NCBI GenBank assembly: GCA_963666975.2
Contig: CAXVYR010000002.1
Span: 352,001-416,000 of the forward strand
Source: Terriglobia bacterium
GTDB taxonomy: Bacteria > Acidobacteriota > Terriglobia > 2-12-FULL-54-10
Reading direction: 5' to 3'
Length of the DNA stretch: 64,000 nt
Positions 60,884 to 64,000 of the stretch are shown in pieces. Under the pieces are notes generated by a model. That model saw only the letters and a program-made list of their open reading frames with translations, was not told where the DNA came from and searched no databases. The translations under genes and the position numbers were made by a program. Every line of letters starts with the position of its first letter. Within the stretch, counting starts at the first letter, position 1.

Positions 60884-61545
60884 ATGACCGAGCGCGCGCC
60901 AACGGCGGCCGAACACGAAGCGCTGCGCGCGCGCCTCGCCGCGCTGAGCGCGGCGAGCCTGCGCATCAGCGCCAGCCTCGAGCTCGAGACCGTGCTCACC
61001 GAAGTGGTGGAGAGCGCCCGGACGCTCACCGGCGCGCGCTTCGGCGCCATCGCCACCATCGACGAGACGGGGACGCCCCGGGACTTCGTCACCTCGGGCT
61101 TCACCGAGGAGGAGCACCGGCGGCTGGCGGAGTGGGCCGACGGGCCGCGGCTCTTCGAGCACTTCCGTGACCTGGAGGGACCGCTTCGGATCGCCGACGT
61201 CCCGGCCTATGTGCGCGCGCTCGGCTTCCCCACGGACCGGCTGCCGTCGAAGACCTTCCAGGGCACGCCGATGCGCCATCGCGGCGTCCATGTCGGCAAC
61301 TTCTATCTGGTCGAGAAGGCGGGCGGGGCGGCGTTCACCGACGAGGACGAGCAGATCCTGGTGCTGTTCGCCGCGCAGGCCGCGACCGCGATCGCCAACG
61401 CGCGGACCTACCGCGCCGAGCGGCGCGCGCGCGCCGACCTCGAGGCGCTGATCGAGACCTCGCCGGTCGGCGTCGTCGTGTTCGACGGCGGGACCGGCCA
61501 GCTGGTCTCGCTCAACCGCGAGGCCACCCGCCTCGTCCAGAGCCT
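60884..61545 (+). pseudogene. Truncated GAF-PAS sensor/regulator
   Basis: ISASLELETVLTEVVESARTLTGARFG, FQGTPMR, VGNFYL, FTDEDE, then PAS start IETSPVGVVVFD; breaks into unrelated sequence. Confidence 0.8.
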
Positions 61546-61708
61546 GTGCGACCGTGGCCCGCCGCCGCGAGTAGAAGTCGTAGATGAAGCGGTTGAGGAA
61601 ATATTTGGTGGTGGGGTCCAGCGGGTCGGCCTGGGCTTCCATCGCTTCGTAGGCGACGGCCTCGGCGCGCCCGACTTCATCAACCCTCAAAACGTAGGTC
61701 GCGGCGGT
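61541..61708 (-). pseudogene. Fragment of a second, diverged virB8-like gene
   Basis: LRVDEVGRAEAVAYEAMEAQADPLDPTTKYFLNRFIYDFYSRRRATV aligns to the protein encoded at 44405-44570. Confidence 0.88.
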
Positions 61709-61953
61709 TGCAGTCGCTGAAGCTGTTCGGCGGTGACCTCCACCACCAGGTAGCCATTCTCGTACTTGGATTCGATCGGCTCCAAACTCGCGGCAATGAG
61801 TCGGCCGGTCGGCAGATCGTCGAAGAAGACACGGACGATCGTCTCCTCGCCGGAGAGCTGCGCCCGTAGCACAGGGCGAGGCTTGCAAGAGGGGTGAAGC
61901 GCCCCTGATAGCGCCGATGATGCTTGCACCGGAGCTTGGCTTGAACAGGTCGA

Positions 61954-64000
61954 TCACTGCGCGGCAGCTTCCAGTTCTCCCGGAGGCAAAGAGGAGAAGA
62001 CGGGGGCGGCTTCGAAATTGAGCGACAGACTGACGATGGGCTCTGTGGATGTGATTTCGATCGATCCAGTAAAACTGGGGAGACCAAACAGGGGCGCCAT
62101 GTTTTGCGCATCATGCCCTCCGGGCAACAGGGTCCGAACGACGCTGGCCAGCGTCTCCCCATCCTCGTCCTTGGCAGTAAAGGTGAGCATGGCCGCTGTG
62201 GCGGTTGGGTTGGCATAGGCAACTCCGGTCCCAAACTGACCTTCTCCCTGTTCGGCAAAGGTGACAAAGCGGGTGGCCGGAACGGTTGCCGCATTGACTC
62301 CGGCTTCCGCCACGGGCAACCCTTCGCTGTTGTGCTGACGAAACAGAAGGCTGGCCTTCACCGGCCCGGAGCAGGTAGCCCGCGCCCAGCCGGGCGCAAG
62401 CGGTGCGCTCAGATCGACGTTGGTCTCCTGATGAACAGACCCCCCGGGCGGTAGAACGTCGGGTCGGTTGATAACCGTTCCTCGATCCGTAAACGAGACC
62501 ATCAACGGACTGCCCTGATCGGAAAGGAACTCGGTTTGGCAGCTCACCTCCTGCGGGGAGTAGTTGATATAGGTGATCGTGGTTTGCCAACCCGCTCCCA
62601 CGGCAAGATGGGGGAAATAATAGGTAGTCGATCCCTGCGCTGCGGCATCCAGTTCACCCGGAGGCAAGGAGGAGAATACGGGTGCGGCTTCGAAGTTGAG
62701 CGACAGACTGACGATGGGTGCCGTGGAGGTGACCTCGATCGATCCGGTAAAGCTGGGAAGACCGAACAGGGGCGCCATATTCAGCGCACCATGCCCGTTG
62801 GGCGACAACATCAGATCGTCGCTGGCCAGCACCTCCCCATCCGCGTCCCTGGCAGTAAAGGTGACCAGGGCCGTCGTGGCGGAAGGATTGGCATAGGCCA
62901 CTCCGGTCCCATCCTTGCCTTCCCCCTGTTCGGCAAAGGTGACGAAGCGGGTGGCCGGAACTGTTGCCGCATTGACTCCGGCTTCCGCCACGGGCATCCC
63001 TTCGCTGTTATACCCACGAAACAGAAGGCTGGCCTTCACCGGTCCGGAGCAGGTGGCCCGCGCCCAGCCGGGCGCAAGCGGAGCGCTCAGCCCCACGTTG
63101 GTCTCCTGGTGAACGGACCCCCCTGGCGGCAGAGTGTCGGTCCGGCTGACCACCGTTCCTTGATCCGCAAACGAGACCATCAGGGGAGTTCCCTGATCGG
63201 AAAGGAAATCGGTCTGGCAGCTCACCTCCTGCGGGGAGTAGTTGATATAGGTGATCGTGGTTTGCCAACCCGCTCCCACGGCAAGATGGGGGAAATAATA
63301 GATCTGATCTCCCGGAGGGCTGGTCCCCTGCTCCACCGTGATCGTCACCGTGTCTGAAGCGAACAGACCTTCCGGATCAGTGACCAGCAACCTGAAGCTC
63401 AGCACCGCATCGGCCGTCAGCCCCTGCGGGGCCGTGAAGGTGGGATTGACCACGTTCTGGGACGACAGCACCACAGGCTCGCCACTAAGTTGATTCCAGC
63501 GATATCGTAGCGGATCGTCGTCCGGATCGCTGCTGCCGCTGCCGTCCAGCGACACCAGCGCGCCTTCCCTCACGCCGGTCTGGTCCGGACCCGCATCCGC
63601 CATCGGCCGATTGTTCGCCGGCGGACGTGGCGGCGGTGGTGGCGGCGGCGGAGGAGGTGGGGGTGGAGGGGCGACGATATCGGGCGTTGCACTCATCGTC
63701 TCCGTTTCGCCCTTGCCCAACGCATTGACCGCCCGCACCTCGAAGACGTATTCCCTGCCGTTAATCAGCCCTCCCACCGTCACCCTGCGCGTTCCCGCTC
63801 TCACGTTCTCCCATGCGCTGAAATCCTCACCGGCGGCTGCAAATCGGTATTCGTAGCGGATGATCGCCGAGCCCCCGTCTTCCGTCGGCCGGTTCCAGTT
63901 CAGCCGCACCCCTGCGTTACCCGCGCTGGCCGTCAGACCCAGAGACGAGATCGGCACCGTCACTCCCGGTGGCGCCACCCGAACCTCAAGCGTCCCTTCC
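61954..64000 (-). CDS. Surface protein (5' end outside window): FN3 domain, polyPro linker, PKD/REJ-like domain, two ~225-aa C-terminal repeats
   Basis: LTASAGNAGVRLNW...DGGSAIIRYEYR...YVFEVRAVN (FN3); C-terminal region nearly identical to that of 55775..60466. Confidence 0.88.
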   Translation of the reverse strand, partial: EGTLEVRVAPPGVTVPISSLGLTASAGNAGVRLNWNRPTEDGGSAIIRYEYRFAAAGEDFSAWENVRAGTRRVTVGGLINGREYVFEVRAVNALGKGETETMSATPDIVAPPPPPPPPPPPPPPRPPANNRPMADAGPDQTGVREGALVSLDGSGSSDPDDDPLRYRWNQLSGEPVVLSSQNVVNPTFTAPQGLTADAVLSFRLLVTDPEGLFASDTVTITVEQGTSPPGDQIYYFPHLAVGAGWQTTITYINYSPQEVSCQTDFLSDQGTPLMVSFADQGTVVSRTDTLPPGGSVHQETNVGLSAPLAPGWARATCSGPVKASLLFRGYNSEGMPVAEAGVNAATVPATRFVTFAEQGEGKDGTGVAYANPSATTALVTFTARDADGEVLASDDLMLSPNGHGALNMAPLFGLPSFTGSIEVTSTAPIVSLSLNFEAAPVFSSLPPGELDAAAQGSTTYYFPHLAVGAGWQTTITYINYSPQEVSCQTEFLSDQGSPLMVSFTDRGTVINRPDVLPPGGSVHQETNVDLSAPLAPGWARATCSGPVKASLLFRQHNSEGLPVAEAGVNAATVPATRFVTFAEQGEGQFGTGVAYANPTATAAMLTFTAKDEDGETLASVVRTLLPGGHDAQNMAPLFGLPSFTGSIEITSTEPIVSLSLNFEAAPVFSSLPPGELEAAAQ

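Noticed and set aside
60812-61957. 381-aa minus-strand ORF as a real fusion protein
   Set aside because: Mostly antisense to the GAF relic, with only a short virB8 fragment in frame; accidental read-through of a scar.
55775-63310. Four similar C-terminal domains as DGR template/variable repeats
   Set aside because: All copies are coding, differences do not appear adenine-specific, and no reverse transcriptase is present.

Overview
Window from a GC-rich bacterium, most likely an Acidobacterium (inferred from the acidobacterial VWFA-type protein, the REP families and the ArgRS type). It is possibly a sponge or other invertebrate symbiont, inferred from giant plant-type LRR/FN3/PKD surface proteins. 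All calls come from motif recognition by eye; no database search was run. Bases 1-38 kb are chromosomal: argS; a peptidoglycan-recycling cluster (murQ-nagA-murA, namZ-like, serine hydrolase) interrupted by an unannotated deiodinase-like selenoprotein gene (in-frame UGA plus SECIS-like hairpin); an aromatic (de)carboxylation cluster (DASS transporter, amidohydrolase, two UbiD enzymes including a PpcA-like/PpcC-like pair, acyl-CoA dehydrogenase, ADP-forming acyl-CoA ligase); HDOD and cNMP signalling genes; a frameshifted hicBA cassette flanked by a duplicated gltD 3' end; gltBD with a LysR regulator; VWA, MBL and PilZ genes; and a type III PKS/methyltransferase pair next to tRNA-Val(TAC). From 38.1 kb lies an integrative conjugative element on the 5' side of the tRNA. 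It has a tyrosine integrase, excisionase, VirB2-6/8-11, a coupling protein, ArdC and a repeat-rich oriT candidate. No HUH relaxase is seen; a wHTH-PD-(D/E)xK (MOBC/Replic_Relax-like) protein is the candidate. Several ICE genes carry lesions. Next come scars (IS21 leader ORF, RepA relic, second virB8 fragment) and two large surface proteins with different N-termini but a near-identical polyPro-PKD-twin-domain C-terminus. The best candidates for undescribed biology are that modular surface-display architecture with its shuffled LRR array, the non-HUH ICE, the membrane-anchored Sec-deiodinase homologue and the incomplete Ppc-like carboxylase cluster.
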